Origin: Chiloscyllium plagiosum
Lineage: Eukaryota
NCBI RefSeq assembly: GCF_004010195.1
Contig: NC_057719.1
Location: 31,794,883 to 31,858,882, forward strand
Length of the DNA stretch: 64,000 bases
Direction of reading: 5' to 3'
This document shows, one piece after another, positions 24,404 to 36,330 of the stretch. The notes beneath the pieces are model-generated. The model was not told where the DNA came from, did not search any database, and saw only the letters and a program-made list of their open reading frames with translations. Position 1 is the first letter of the stretch. Each line of letters opens with the position of its first letter. The position numbers and the translations under genes were made by a program.

Positions 24404-27351
24404 ACTGTTTGCTTATGCATCTTAGCTGCTGACTTACATTCTGTGTTTTCTTGAAATGATGATGGTCTTAAAATGGTGAACTCAATTGTCTTTTATTTTC
24501 TTCATCTGGGTTATCTGATTTTCTCCATGACTTAAAAAAAGGTATTTCATCAATGATACCCATTTTATTGGCCGTCAAGTTGTACTGGGCTCTGGATAAC
24601 AACGTCTGGCAGCTCGTGGTTGTGATAGTTTACGCCTGCCAATCTGGTTTTTAACACTTTTAAAGAAAACATTAATCAAGTTAAACAGCTTCTGGTAGGG
24701 CACTCAAAAACTAAATTTAAACATACAATGAAAGATTACAAATCTAAAATAATGAGAATAACATCATTTAGGGTGATGATGCACCCAAGACCCTGCAGTG
24801 CCTACAGGTCTTTAAAAGCCTCTATTGTTGTGGTTCTGTTCGCCGAGCTGGGAATTTGTGTTGCAGACGTTTTGTCCCCTGTCTAGATGACATCCTCAGT
24901 GCTTGGGAGCCTCCTGTGAAGCGCTTCTGTGATGTTTCCTCCAGCATTTATAGTGTTTTGTATCTGCTGCTTCCGGTTGTCAGTTCAAGCTGTCCGCTAC
25001 AGTGGCCGGTATATTGGGTCCAGGTCGATGTGCTTATGGATTGAATCTGTGGATGAGTGCCATGCCTCTAGGAATTCCCTGGCTTGTCCTATAATAGTAG
25101 TGTTGTCCCAGTCGAACTCCTATTGCTTGTCATCTGAGTGTGTGGCTATTAAGGATAGCTGGTTGTGTCGTTTCGTGGCTAGTTGGTGTTCATGGATGCG
25201 GATCATTAGCTGTCTTCCTGTTTGTCCTATGTAATGTTTTGTGCAGTCCTTGCATGGGATTTTGTACACCACATTGGTTTTGCTCATGTTGGGCTCGGGT
25301 CCTTTGTCCTGGTGAGTTGTTGTCTGAGAGTGGCTGTTGGTTTGTGTGCTGTTATGAGTCCTAGTGGTCGCAGTAGTCTGGCTGTCAGTTCAGAAATGCT
25401 CTTGATGTATGGTAGTGTGGCTAGTCCTTTGGGTTGCAGCATGTCCTCATTCCATTGTCTTTCCCTTAGGCATCAGTTGATGGAATTGCGGGGGTATCCG
25501 TTTTTGGCAAATACATTGTATAGGTATTCCTCTTCCTCTTTTTGCAGTTCTGGTGTATTGCAGTGTGTTGTGGCCCTTTTGAATAGTGTCTTGGTGCAAC
25601 TTCTTTTGTGTGTGTTGGGGTGGTTGCTTTTGTAGTTCAGGACTTGGTCTGTGTGTGTGGCTTTCCTGTATACCCTTGTGGTGAATTCTCTGTTTGGTGT
25701 TCTCTGTACCATCACGTCTAGGAATGGGAGTTGGTTGTCCTTTTCTTCCTCTGTGGTGAATCGGATTCCTGTTAGTGTGGCGTTGATGATCCAGTGTGTG
25801 TTCTCTATTTCTGTGTAATAATTAAAAACAAAAGGTGTCATTCACATATCTGACCCAGAGTTTGGGTTGAATTTCGGGTAAGACTGTTTGTTCTAATCTT
25901 TGCATTACCGCTTTTGCTAGGAGTCCAGAGATGGGTGAGCCCATGGGTGTGCTGTTGATTTGTTCATATATTTGGTTGTTGAATGTGAAGTGTGTTGTGA
26001 GGCACAGGTCCAGTAGTTTGAACCTATCAACAAAGACGGCATACTCAATGTCCTGTTGTCTGTTCTGTATGTCCAGCAGGTTGGCTATTGTTTCTCTGAC
26101 TAGGGTTTTGTCGATAGAGGTGAACAGTGCCGTTACATCGAATGAAATCATGGTTTCTTCCTTGTCTATGTGTATATTTCTGATGATGTCCAAGAATTCC
26201 TGTGTTGACTGTATAGAGTGTCTGGATCCGCTGATCAGGTGTTTCAGTTTCTGCTGTAGTTCTTTAGCCAGTTTGTGTGATGGTGTCCCTGGTAGCGATA
26301 CGATGGGTCTGAGTGGGATGTCTGGTTTGTGCACTTTAGGTAGTCCATAGAATCTGGGGGTGGTGTTGCTTTCAGGATTCATTCTCTGTAGGTCAAACCT
26401 GGTTATCTGTCTATTTTTTTGTAGGTTCCTCAGTATGTTGTTTATCCTATTGTTGAGCTGTGGGGTGGGGTCAAACTCCCTCTTTTGGTAGGTGTTGGTA
26501 TCTGAAAGTAGTTACTGCGCTTTTTGGATTTAGTCTGCTTTGTCCAGGATGACCGTCATTCTGCCTTTGTCTGCTGGTAGTATGATTATGTTCTTATCGT
26601 TTCTTAGTGATTTTAGTGCTTCCCTCTCCTTGGCGTTGAGGTTATGTGTTTGTCTTTTCCTTGTTGTCAGAGCTACGATACTTTGTCTCACTGTTTGTTG
26701 TGTCTCTTCTGTCAGTCCATTGTTCCTGAGTGTGCATTCTAGTGCTGCTAGGAAGTCTGCTGTCTTGGCGTCCCTGTGGTTATAGTTGAGTCCCTTGGCC
26801 TGTATTGTTCCTTCCGTGTCTGTGAGCTATCTGTGGGAGAGGTTTCTAACCCAGGTGTGTGTTGTGGTGTCCTCTCTGTTGTGTGTTAGTTTGGCCATTT
26901 TTTTCTTTTAGTGCCATTTTTTTGCGGTGTGTGGTCCTGTTCTGTAATATGGTGACAGCCTGTTCTATGGTCCGGGTCCATTCCTGATTGGTGGTTTTTG
27001 AAATTAATGATTTTTGGTGTGCAATTTGTTGTCTGTATTTGTGAAGTCTGCTGTGTGCGTCTGTAATCATTACCTGGATCATCCTGAATCCGTTCTGTCT
27101 GGCTGTGTCCCAGGCTTGTGGGTTGTTGACTGGTGGTCTGTATCTGACACAAGGTGGAAGGATTTGATTCTTTCGGCATTCGTGCAGGAACCGGAGTTGT
27201 TCGTATGTGGTCCTTAGGCGGTTGGCACAGGATTCCCATTTCCTGGCTTGTCTTAGCGTCTCTCGCCCGTAGGTGTTCAAAGTTTGCGAGAAGATTTGTA
27301 GCTCGGGTGCTCGTTGTTGTGGTTCTGTTCGCCGAGCTGGAAATTTGTGTT

Positions 27352-27391
27352 GCAGACGTTTCATCCCCTGTCTAGGTGACATCCTCAGTGC
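27352..27391 (-). ncRNA. Minimal type-I hammerhead ribozyme motif (intact core)
   Basis: GCA-CUGAGGA-U-GUCACCU(AGAC)AGGGGAU-GAAAC-GUC-UGC; stem I GCA/UGC and palindromic ACGU stem III. A same-sense copy at 24863-24902 has GAAA changed to AAAA. Confidence 0.75.
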
Positions 27392-27787
27392 TTGGGAGCC
27401 TCCTGTGAAGCGCTTCTGTGATGTTTCCTCCAGCATTTAAAGTGCTTTGTATCTGCCGCTTCCGATTGTCAGTTCCAGCTGTCCGCTGCAGTGGCCGGTA
27501 TATTGGGTCCAGGTCGACGTGCTTATTGATTAACACACTCAGATGACAAGCAACATGAATTTGACTGGGACAACACCACTATTATAGGACAAGCCAAACA
27601 GAGAACAGCCAGGGAATTGCTAGAGGCATGGCACTCATCCACAGATTCAATCAATAAGCACATCGACCTGGACCCAATATACCGGCCACTACAGCGGACA
27701 GCTGGAACTGACAACCGGAAGCAGCAGATACAAATCACTATAAATGCTGGAGGAAACATCACAGAAGCGCTTCACAGAGACTCCCAA

Positions 27788-27827
27788 GCACTGAGGATGT
27801 CACCTAGACAGGGGATGAAACGTCTGC
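27788..27827 (+). ncRNA. Minimal type-I hammerhead ribozyme motif (intact core)
   Basis: Identical motif to 27352-27391, located in the inverted pLTR. Confidence 0.75.
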
Positions 27828-27964
27828 AACACAAATTCCCAGCTCGGTGAACAGAACCACAACAATGAGCACCCGAGCTACAAATCTTCTCACAAACTTT
27901 GAGCCTCTATTTTGTTTACATCATCTTCTGTCTGCTGAATCCGAGATCTTAGTCCAACTGCAGT

Positions 27965-29228
27965 TGTTGTGTGTATATTCGCCGAGCTAGGAATTTGGTT
28001 TGCAGGTGTTTTGTCCCCTGTCTTGGTGACATCCTCAATGGTCTGGAGCCTCCTGTGAAGCGCTGCTGGACTGTGTCAGTTGGAATTTATTTGGTTTCAT
28101 TCCCACTGCTGCTGGTTGCCAGTTCTGGTTGTTTGTTGCAGTGGTCGGTATATTGGGTCTAGGTCAACGTGTTTAATGACGGAAACTATGGATGTGTGCC
28201 GAACCTCTAGGAATTCTCTGGCTTGTCCTATTATTGTTGTTTTGCCCCAGCTGAATATGTGGTCCTTGTTATCTGTGAGTGTAGGTACTTGGCCGGCACT
28301 TTCGTAATAATTAAAAGAACAGAGATCGAGAGCACACACCGGATTATCAACACCAGGTTCACAGGTATCAGATTTACGAGAGAGAGTAGAAAATTAACAA
28401 CCAACTCCCATTCCTGGATGTGATAGTAGAAAGAAAACAGAACGGGAAATGCATGACAAAAGCGCACCGAAAAGCCACCTACATGGATCAGATCCTGAAT
28501 TATAACAACAACCACCAAACACACACAAGAGAAGCTGCATTAGGACCCTGTTCAAAAGGGCTACACACTGCAGCACTCCCTGCATGCCAGAACCCAACAC
28601 TTACCGCTCTACTTTATATTAAAAAAATCTCAGAAATGACAGCTAGACTCTTATGACCACTCGGATTTATAACAGCATATAAACCAACAGCCATGCTCAG
28701 ACAACAACTAACCAGAACAAAGGACCCAATACCCATCATAAGCAGGATAGATATGGTGTACAAGATTCCATGCAGGGGCTGCATGAAATACTGTATAGGA
28801 CAAACAGGCAGACAGCTAGCAATCTACATTCATGAACGTCAACTAGCCACTAGACGCTGTGACCAACTGGCCCTAGTACCTATAAACAGACAACAAGGAC
28901 TGCAAATTCAACCAGGACAACACAACAATAACAGGACAAGCTAAACAGAGGACAGCCAGAGAATTCCTACAAGTACGGCCTCCATCAATAAACACTTTGA
29001 CCAGACCCAATATACCGACCACTGCAACAAGCAACCGGAAGAAACGGGAACGAAACCAAATAGATGCCAACCGACACAGAACAGCAGCGCTTCACAGGAA
29101 AATGCACAGCACTGAGGATGTCACCTAGAAAGGGGACAAAACATCTGCAAATCAAATTCCCAGCTCATCGCACATATCCACAACCACGGCAACCGCCACA
29201 TGAGCTACACAGTTTTGCACAAATCTTA
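27965..29228 (+). mobile_element. Older truncated Penelope-like element (family B relative) with inverted pLTR at its 5' side
   Basis: INTRFTGIRFT, HRKATYMDQILNY, MVYKIPCRGCMKYCIGQTGRQL (GIY-YIG); decayed hammerheads at ~28002-28041 (-) and 29109-29148 (+). Confidence 0.85.
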
Positions 29229-30621
29229 TCTAATTGCCAGTTGTAGAGGACAGGTCACAAGAGAGTCTTAAGAAAAAAAACCAAGAGGCACTTAACAAGC
29301 TATAGCTTACATAACAAGCTATAATTCAGTGTAATAGCAATAGATGCAATTAATAATAACTCGTTAGGCACAATTCAGGAGCCAGGTTTATCACGTTTGT
29401 CTCGATTGGGACTTTATTATAAGACTAACTATTTCTCCACCTAAAGACTGTACAGCATTATCAGGTGGAGCTAGTCCAACTTCAACATTATCTGATTCAG
29501 AGTCATTGCCTCACACAATACATTCCACATGCAGTTTGCTGAGCTGATCAAACAACCTGTAATAAGTTTGGAAAATTAACTCCTCAAGTATGTGTAGTTG
29601 GATAGACCAGATTAGTTAAACAATTGACTCCCTCATTTATTCAGTGCGGAGCTAACAGTCAAAAATTACATCCATTGCAAACAATTTTGGTAACTCTCCA
29701 CTGGCACCTGGAACCATATGTTAATAAAATATAGGGCCTGCAAGGTAATTCTCTCATTCTATCTTACTCCCAACCTAATTCCTCAGAGATGGGGTTGGGT
29801 GATAGTGGGGATATGGTGGCATACATTTTCCAAATTCCTCGAAGTGGCTAAGACATATTTAGCTGATTGTGGGCTGCATCCTTCTGATAAAGCAAGGGTC
29901 AAGTCTCTAAGCAAGCACAAAGGCCCTCCATATCTATCTTGTACAATAATTACCACAGGGCACTGTATAGAATATCTCCCAACTCTCTCTACCTGCCTCC
30001 AAAAGCCATTTTCCATTTCACATTTTGGCAAGTTGGAATGAAGATGCTCCATTTTGAGATAATTTCTTTCTCACTTCCCTGCTGTGGCATCTACCTTCAA
30101 GTTAGAAGGTCTCTGATTGACCTTCCAGCTTTGTGAGCCCATCCTCTGGTTATTGACCAGCTGCTGTAAAGAAAATCACAATAGCTGACCGTTTTCTCTT
30201 CCAATGTGATCTTCAGACTCACAGTAGAGCATGATGGGGAGGTTCAGAAGCTCACAGGGAAAATCCTGTCTTAGAATTTTGTTTATGCCATATGAAATAT
30301 GCAAAAATTGAATTTTTTGTGATTACCAGACATCTGACAGTTCAATCCTTTTAAAACACTAGTCACAGTGATTAACATTATATTACTGTTTATGATAAAG
30401 GAAGATTAAGCCCCACAGTTAATGTTATGTACTTAGCCCTTTAGTTCCTTTTCCTTAGTTTAAACCTTTTCAAATACTTATAAATCACAGTAATGAAAGA
30501 AAACTAATTTTAAACTAACCTAGTTGTCCTTTCCAGACTATTGGAAAACATTTAAAAGGAATGCAGAGGTTCTTGTGGCATAGTGGAAGTGTCACTACCA
30601 CTGGGCTAGAAGAGCAGGGTT

Positions 30622-30819
30622 GAAAGATGTGTTGCTGGAAAAGCGCAGCAGGTCAGGCAACATCAAAGGAACAGGAGAATCCATGTTTTGGGCATAAGCC
30701 CTTCTTCAGGAATTGAAACGTTGATTCTCCTGCTCCTTTGATGCTGCCTGACCTGCTGTGCTTTTCCAGCAACACATTTTTCAGCTCTGATCTCCAGCAT
30801 CTGCAGTCCTCACTTTCTC
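30622..30819. mobile_element. Fold-back PLE family-A mini-element
   Basis: Two inverted pLTR ends joined at the hammerhead region; perfect 16-bp TSD CTAGAAGAGCAGGGTT at 30606-30621 and 30820-30835. Confidence 0.88.
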
Positions 30820-30841
30820 CTAGAAGAGCAGGGTTCAAGTC

Positions 30842-30939
30842 TTCTGCTGAAGAATCACCAGAATCAAAACATGAACACTGCTTTGTTCTCACAAATGCTG
30901 CCAGACCTGTTGGGTTTCTCCAGCAATTCCTACTTCTGT
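30842..30939 (+). mobile_element. MER6-like / PLE-terminus mini-element
   Basis: CACAAATGCTGCCAGACCTGTTGGGTTTCTCCAGCAATT; 8-bp TSD TTCAAGTC at 30834-30841 and 30940-30947. Confidence 0.7.
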
Positions 30940-31059
30940 TTCAAGTCCTACCTGGTCCAGGTTTTTCATAATAGGTCTGAACAGGTTCCTTAAAAGTCCT
31001 TAAAAAGGTGTGTAGGAACTGGGTGAGTATATACAGTATTTGAAGCTGCTGAGACAAGT

Positions 31060-31640
31060 TGTGAAAGATATTTAGAAATCTTACTTCCTTGGGATTGCAA
31101 ACAGCAGCATAGTGGACAAAAGCAAGAAACTCCTACTAAACTTTATTAATCAATGGTTAGGTTTGAGCTGAGACATTGTGTTTAATGATGGACATGACAC
31201 TTCAGGATTGATGTGGAAACCTTAGAGAATATACAGGAGACATTTGCTAAAACAGTACTTCAGGAGTTCAGTTACATGGACGGACCAACGGAGTTGGTGC
31301 TGTTCTACCTAGAGCACTGTTTGATAGAACAGAGTTTGGTATAATAAATAAGAAGTGAAAAATGATCATTACTAGAGGACATATATAAACCGTTAAAGGA
31401 ACCAGAGGCAGTTTAAGGAGAAATCTTTATGCAGTGACATGCTTTTATCTAAAATGCAATATCTGAAGGGATAGTGTAAGCAGAATCAATAATAACTTTC
31501 AGAAGGAAATTAGATGGTTACATCAAAGGGAATATTTTGGGGATGAGAAAGAAAGAGCAGGGCAATGGGATGAACTGGATGGCTGTTTCACAGAGTCAGG
31601 ACTGGCAACATTGGTTTTTTTTGTACTGCCTCATTTCATA
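31060..31640 (+). mobile_element. Very old CR1 3' relic
   Basis: Decayed LYKSLVR/LEYCV, ALERVQRRF and FFTQ-like segments in CR1 order. Confidence 0.5.
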
Positions 31641-33169
31641 ATTTTATGGTTCTTTTGGATAGAAGTCAAAAGGCTGATTGCTTGTGACATGATTTCCACT
31701 TTTTCATCTAACATGAAGACAGTAGATCTAAATTACTTTGATAAAAGGTATAATTTCAGATAGATATTCAATTTGATGACAAGGTTGGTGAAGACATCTG
31801 CAGTTAGTTTTACTGCATTGTGCCTTAAAAATAAATCAGCTTTACTTCTTGATTTGACATGTGAAATCCAGATAACGAACAAAAAAAATATTGCCAGAGG
31901 TGAATGTTGCCACTTAGAGTTAACTTGTATGAGTAGGCTTCACCTGCTGATCAAACAGAATCAACTAAAATATTCACAAATAAAAGGATCCTGCAAAAGT
32001 GCTAGTATCAGTACATTTAATAATTGGATATCATTGAACATTGGGAAAAATGTTCTCTGGGACACCATAGCTGCTGGCAAAAGTTGTGCTCAATTTCCAT
32101 CTGCTCGTCTCTCCTGGCTGTAATTAATTTCCTAGGGCCATGATCAATAGAAACACACACTGGGCAACATGCTAGTGATAGGCTTGACTTGAGTCCATTA
32201 GCTTGCAATGTGGCCATTTATGAGACAGCTAAGAGGGACTAACTAACAATTGTGGAAAAGCCAAAAAGAGATTTTGTAATCTTGACGTGAGAAATCTTTA
32301 TGTGAAGGAGCAGAAAGCAGCTCATGTATTAACAAGGGCTAGGAACATCAAATGTTGAATGGGTCAAACTGCCATAATGAAACAGTTCATGTTCTAATCT
32401 CAATGCCTTTGCATTTTTTGCTATATCAGAACTAGAAATAGGTGGTTGATTACCATGAAACAACTTTTTAGTTGTCCAGCATGGCTTTTAAGAATGGCTT
32501 AGATTTGCATCTCACATTGACCCTGCACCATTTTTACGACAATTTACTCAAATTGGTCACTGAGATATGGACTAACAGCCAAGCTTGGTTCACCACCAAC
32601 AGAATGCAAGAGATTTTCTTAAAAAAAAGGAGAAAAATAAAATGTTATTGCTGTGCAGCCAGAAGGAACAGGAGTTCCCTGATTAAATAGCATTTGGGTC
32701 CATCTCCCATACACATTGTTGACCTTCACTGTACCCCCCTCATCACCATAGGGGCATCTACGCACCTGAGATGATGGGGCAAATGGCTTTATTAATTCTG
32801 GAAAATGAGCTCACTATCTATCGAATCTAGAATAGATTCTAGATGATCACCAATTTTGGACCCTAACAAGCAAAAGTCAATTTCTACCCCTTTATCAATT
32901 CCTGGTGGCTTTGGGGAAGTTTGTATCAAACTTAAAGTATTGAGGATGCTGAAACATTAACATCCTTGTTATACCTTGGTTCTCTGAAGTCTGGCATTGA
33001 TCAGGAATATTTGGAATTTTAAATTTTGTGAATGGCTAACTTCCTTTCAGGGATCTCAGGTCCTGTAAGGTACTCCACTTTCAGTATTGATTTGAAGCAA
33101 GCAGGGTATTTTCAGTCCAGCAATGATTGAAGATTCATTGTCACTGTTGTTCCATTGCTTGTAGGAAAG

Positions 33170-34101
33170 ATGTAGAGTTATGTAGCATGGGAATAGATGC
33201 TTCGGTCCAACCCATCCACGCTGAATGTAATCCCAAACTGAACTAGTTCTTGCTCCTGGCCCATATTGCTTCAAACTTTTCCTAACCATATACTTAGATA
33301 AGTGTCTTTTAAAACACTAACTGCCCACATCCAACACTGTCTCAGGAAGTTAATTTCACATGCAAACCACTCTTTTTTAAAAATACATGAAAGGCAAATT
33401 TTATACACTCTACCCTTGCATCTTAAAAATCTGCTCTCTAGTCTTGAAACCTCCATTCTAGGAGAAAGACACTTACCATTAGCTCTACTTGTAGCCCTTA
33501 TAGAGTTATAGAGATGTACAGCATAGAAACAGACCCTTTAGTCCAACTCAATGCTGACCAGATATCCTAAAATTATCTAGTCCCATTTGCCAGTGTTTGG
33601 TCCACATCCCTCTAAACCTTTCCTATTCACATACCAATCCAGGTGCCTTTTAAATGTCACAGTTGTACCAGCCTCCACTACTTCCTTTGGCTGCACATTC
33701 CTTCTGTGTAGCAAAGTTTCCCTTTAGGTTTCTTAAGTCTTTCCCCTCACTTGAAACCCATGACCTGTAGTTTTGGACTCCCCCATTCTCAGGGAAAAGA
33801 CCTTGGCTATTCACCCTATCCATGTCCCTCATGATTTTTTATAAACCTTTATAAGGACACCCCTCAGCCTCCAATGCTCCAGGGAAATCAGCTCCAGCCT
33901 ATTCAGCCTCTCCCTATAGCTCAAACTCTCCAACCCTGGCAACATCCTTGTAAATTTTTTGAATCCTTTCAAGTTTCACAATATCCTTCTTATGGTAGGG
34001 AGACCAGAATTGCACACAACAGTCCAATGATGGCTTAACCAATGTCCTGTGCAGTTACAACATGACCACTCAACCCCTATACTCATGATTTTATAAACCT
34101 T
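33170..34101 (-). mobile_element. Two CR1 3' fragments, the second (~33500-34085) nested in the first
   Basis: Two tails (~33170 and ~33500); both are reverse complements of the 7800-8394 type sequence. Confidence 0.85.
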
Positions 34102-35498
34102 TGAAGTTATTCACATGATGTATAACATAACACATAGCCCACTAAATGACAATGACTTAATTCACTTCAGTAATGAAAACATACAAAACAAAGATTGTAA
34201 TAGCCAAGAAGCTGGACGACCTGTAGGTTTTCTGAACACAAATCAAATTCCCATCTACAATGTTAATTGCTTGCCACTCCTTCAGATGCTGATGAACCTG
34301 CTGAACATATCAAGTATTTTCTAATCATACAAAGAAAACAAGAAGATGCTCTGCCCTCAATATCTCAGGCTGGTAATCCTCACATATAATGATTTAAGCA
34401 CAGTTCTGTGGGTCACTGTGACCTAATAATTTAAATGAAGACCAGTAATGCATGGCTTAAATCCTTCAATATTATATTAATTGGTTTCAATGGATATTTA
34501 GACCACAGAATTAACCAAAAGGATCTAACCTACTTCCTACCTCTAAACTATTAATTAGTGAGAATGCTTTAGACTGCATTCTGAAAATTAAATAGGGCTT
34601 CCTGGTAATTTAAACTAATTATCATACATAATGCCTGCTGGACAAATGCCAAAATCATGATATTGTTTTCAATCTTTTGATATTTAAAGTGGATAGTAAT
34701 GGTGTTTACCACAAGTAGCCTCAGTTTGCAGCTGGCATATTTGAATGGTGAGAGCACAGTTATTTTTTGCTGCTTAATATTTCAAAGAACTGCCCCCTAA
34801 TATAAACAGCTCAGCTCTATTCATCTGCTGCATTGAAGTTTTTATTCCTTTTATCTCTGCACACTACAGATATCATTGGACTGAACAGCTGGGAGATGTA
34901 ATGGAACCAGACAGTATAGTAGGAGAATGTTATATTAATATCAATAGACTGAGTCAGTGCATGTCATCAGTGCCATTCAGTGTGGTGTTCAGGAGATGTA
35001 AGTGAATCAGATTGTTTCAGGGTACAACACGTCCATAACTCTAGGGTGCCTCAGTACTCTCATAATTTTGACTGTACATGTTACATTCACAACATTTTTG
35101 AATCAGTTACTTATCCTACATAATCCCCACTCACACTTTAAAAATAGAAATGAAACTGAATCTACAGAGAAGATCATACAAACACCGTTAGGTTGCACGT
35201 TTATCCTTTTTTTGACCTTCCCATATACGTGGCCAGCATGCTACAAGCTCTGATATTCTGTTTCATTTCAAGAGTGTACATGCAAGTCAGAATGCCAGAA
35301 ACCAATGTGTTTACCAGATAATCTTCACAAACAACATTTTGTTAATTTTTGGCTATCAACACACTGTTCCTCCCATATCTGCCCTTTGAGAGATTTGGAG
35401 ATGGAAGAGATAGCAAAAAGACACACAAGGCTAGTGTGCTCCTGTGGCCATATAACATTACCAAAGAAGGGAATGCTATTTGCTCAACTGCCTTTTGA

Positions 35499-36251
35499 TT
35501 TTTTTTTTCTTTTTTTTTTCTTTTTTATGGTGTGTGTGTGCAGGTGTGAGACACAGTGGAAGACACAAAGTGCACCAATCTTTATTCAATTTCCACCACC
35601 AGGAAGATAGGAAAACACCCGGGTGGCCAGTGACAAACACTGCCCTTCACATCAAAGGGCAATGCTGTGTGATCAAAACAGTGAGGGGGAGGGTAGGGAC
35701 TAAATCAAAATAGAATTGGAGGGAGAAATGATGCACTCCACTCCCTGCGGCGCCCACCTCTCCCTGAACAACTCCAGGGTGTTGGTCGACACCGCGTGCT
35801 CCTTCTCCAAGGACACCCGGGCTCTAACATAACCGCGGAAGAGGGGCAGGCAGTCGGCCCTAACGACCCCCTCCACGGCCCGCTGCCTGGACCTGTTGAT
35901 GGCCAGTTTGGCCAGGCCCAGGAGCAGACCCACGAGGAGATCTTCAGACCTGCCCTCCTTCCTCCGTACCGGGTGCCCAAAGATCAGGAGCGTGGGACTG
36001 AAGTGCAGCCAAAAACAGAGAAGGTTTTTCAGGAAATCAAAAAGGGAGTGCAAACGCCCACACCCAATATATACGTGGTCCACGGACTCCACAGCGCCAC
36101 AGAACAAGCAGTTGGGCTGGGAGTCCGTGAACCACCGCAACCTGCGGTTGCAGGGGACTGCTGCATGCAGCACCCTCCACCCCAGATCCCCGAGAGAAAG
36201 GGGGAGGACTCCCGCGTAGAGAGCCCTCCACTGGGGATCCCCACCGCCCGG
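35499..36251 (-). mobile_element. Young 5'-truncated Tx1-like LINE (ORF2 C-terminal zinc finger, 3' UTR, poly-A)
   Basis: ORF 35700-36173 CLFCGAVESVDHVYIGC (CCHC knuckle)..LLLGLAKLAINRSR; CpG-rich; T-tract 35499-35526; perfect 15-bp TSD TCAACTGCCTTTTGA at 35484-35498 and 36252-36266. Confidence 0.92.
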
Positions 36252-36330
36252 TCAACTGCCTTTTGACCAGAAGTAGTCACTCAGTTAAGAAAGTTAAGGT
36301 AATTAGTTGGCTTATTGATGGGCACTTCAG

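Larger units (their letters stand above)
24827..27901 (-). mobile_element. Near-full-length Penelope-like element (family B): RT + GIY-YIG with tandem and inverted pseudo-LTRs
   Basis: Minus-strand ORF pieces: N-terminus 26846-27280; PRFYGLPKVHKPDIPLRPIVS, SFDVTALFTSI, PMGSPIS, WVRYVNDTF; FTTEEEKDNQLPFLDV, VYRKATHT; NVVYKIPCKDCTKHYIGQTGR (GIY-YIG). Direct pLTRs 24827-25035 and 27277-27525, inverted pLTR 27530-27901; TSD AGCCTCTATT at 24817-24826 and 27902-27911. Confidence 0.95.
30566..30990 (+). mobile_element. tRNA-derived SINE split by two mini-element insertions
   Basis: Removing the inserts restores GGTTCTTGTGGCATAGTGGAAGTGTC...CAGGGTTCAAGTCCTACCTGGTCCAG. Confidence 0.7.

Noticed and set aside
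24827..27901. LTR retrotransposon or CRISPR-like repeat array
   Set aside because: The repeats are PLE pseudo-LTRs with a GIY-YIG ORF and no integrase; there is no repeat-spacer periodicity anywhere in the window.
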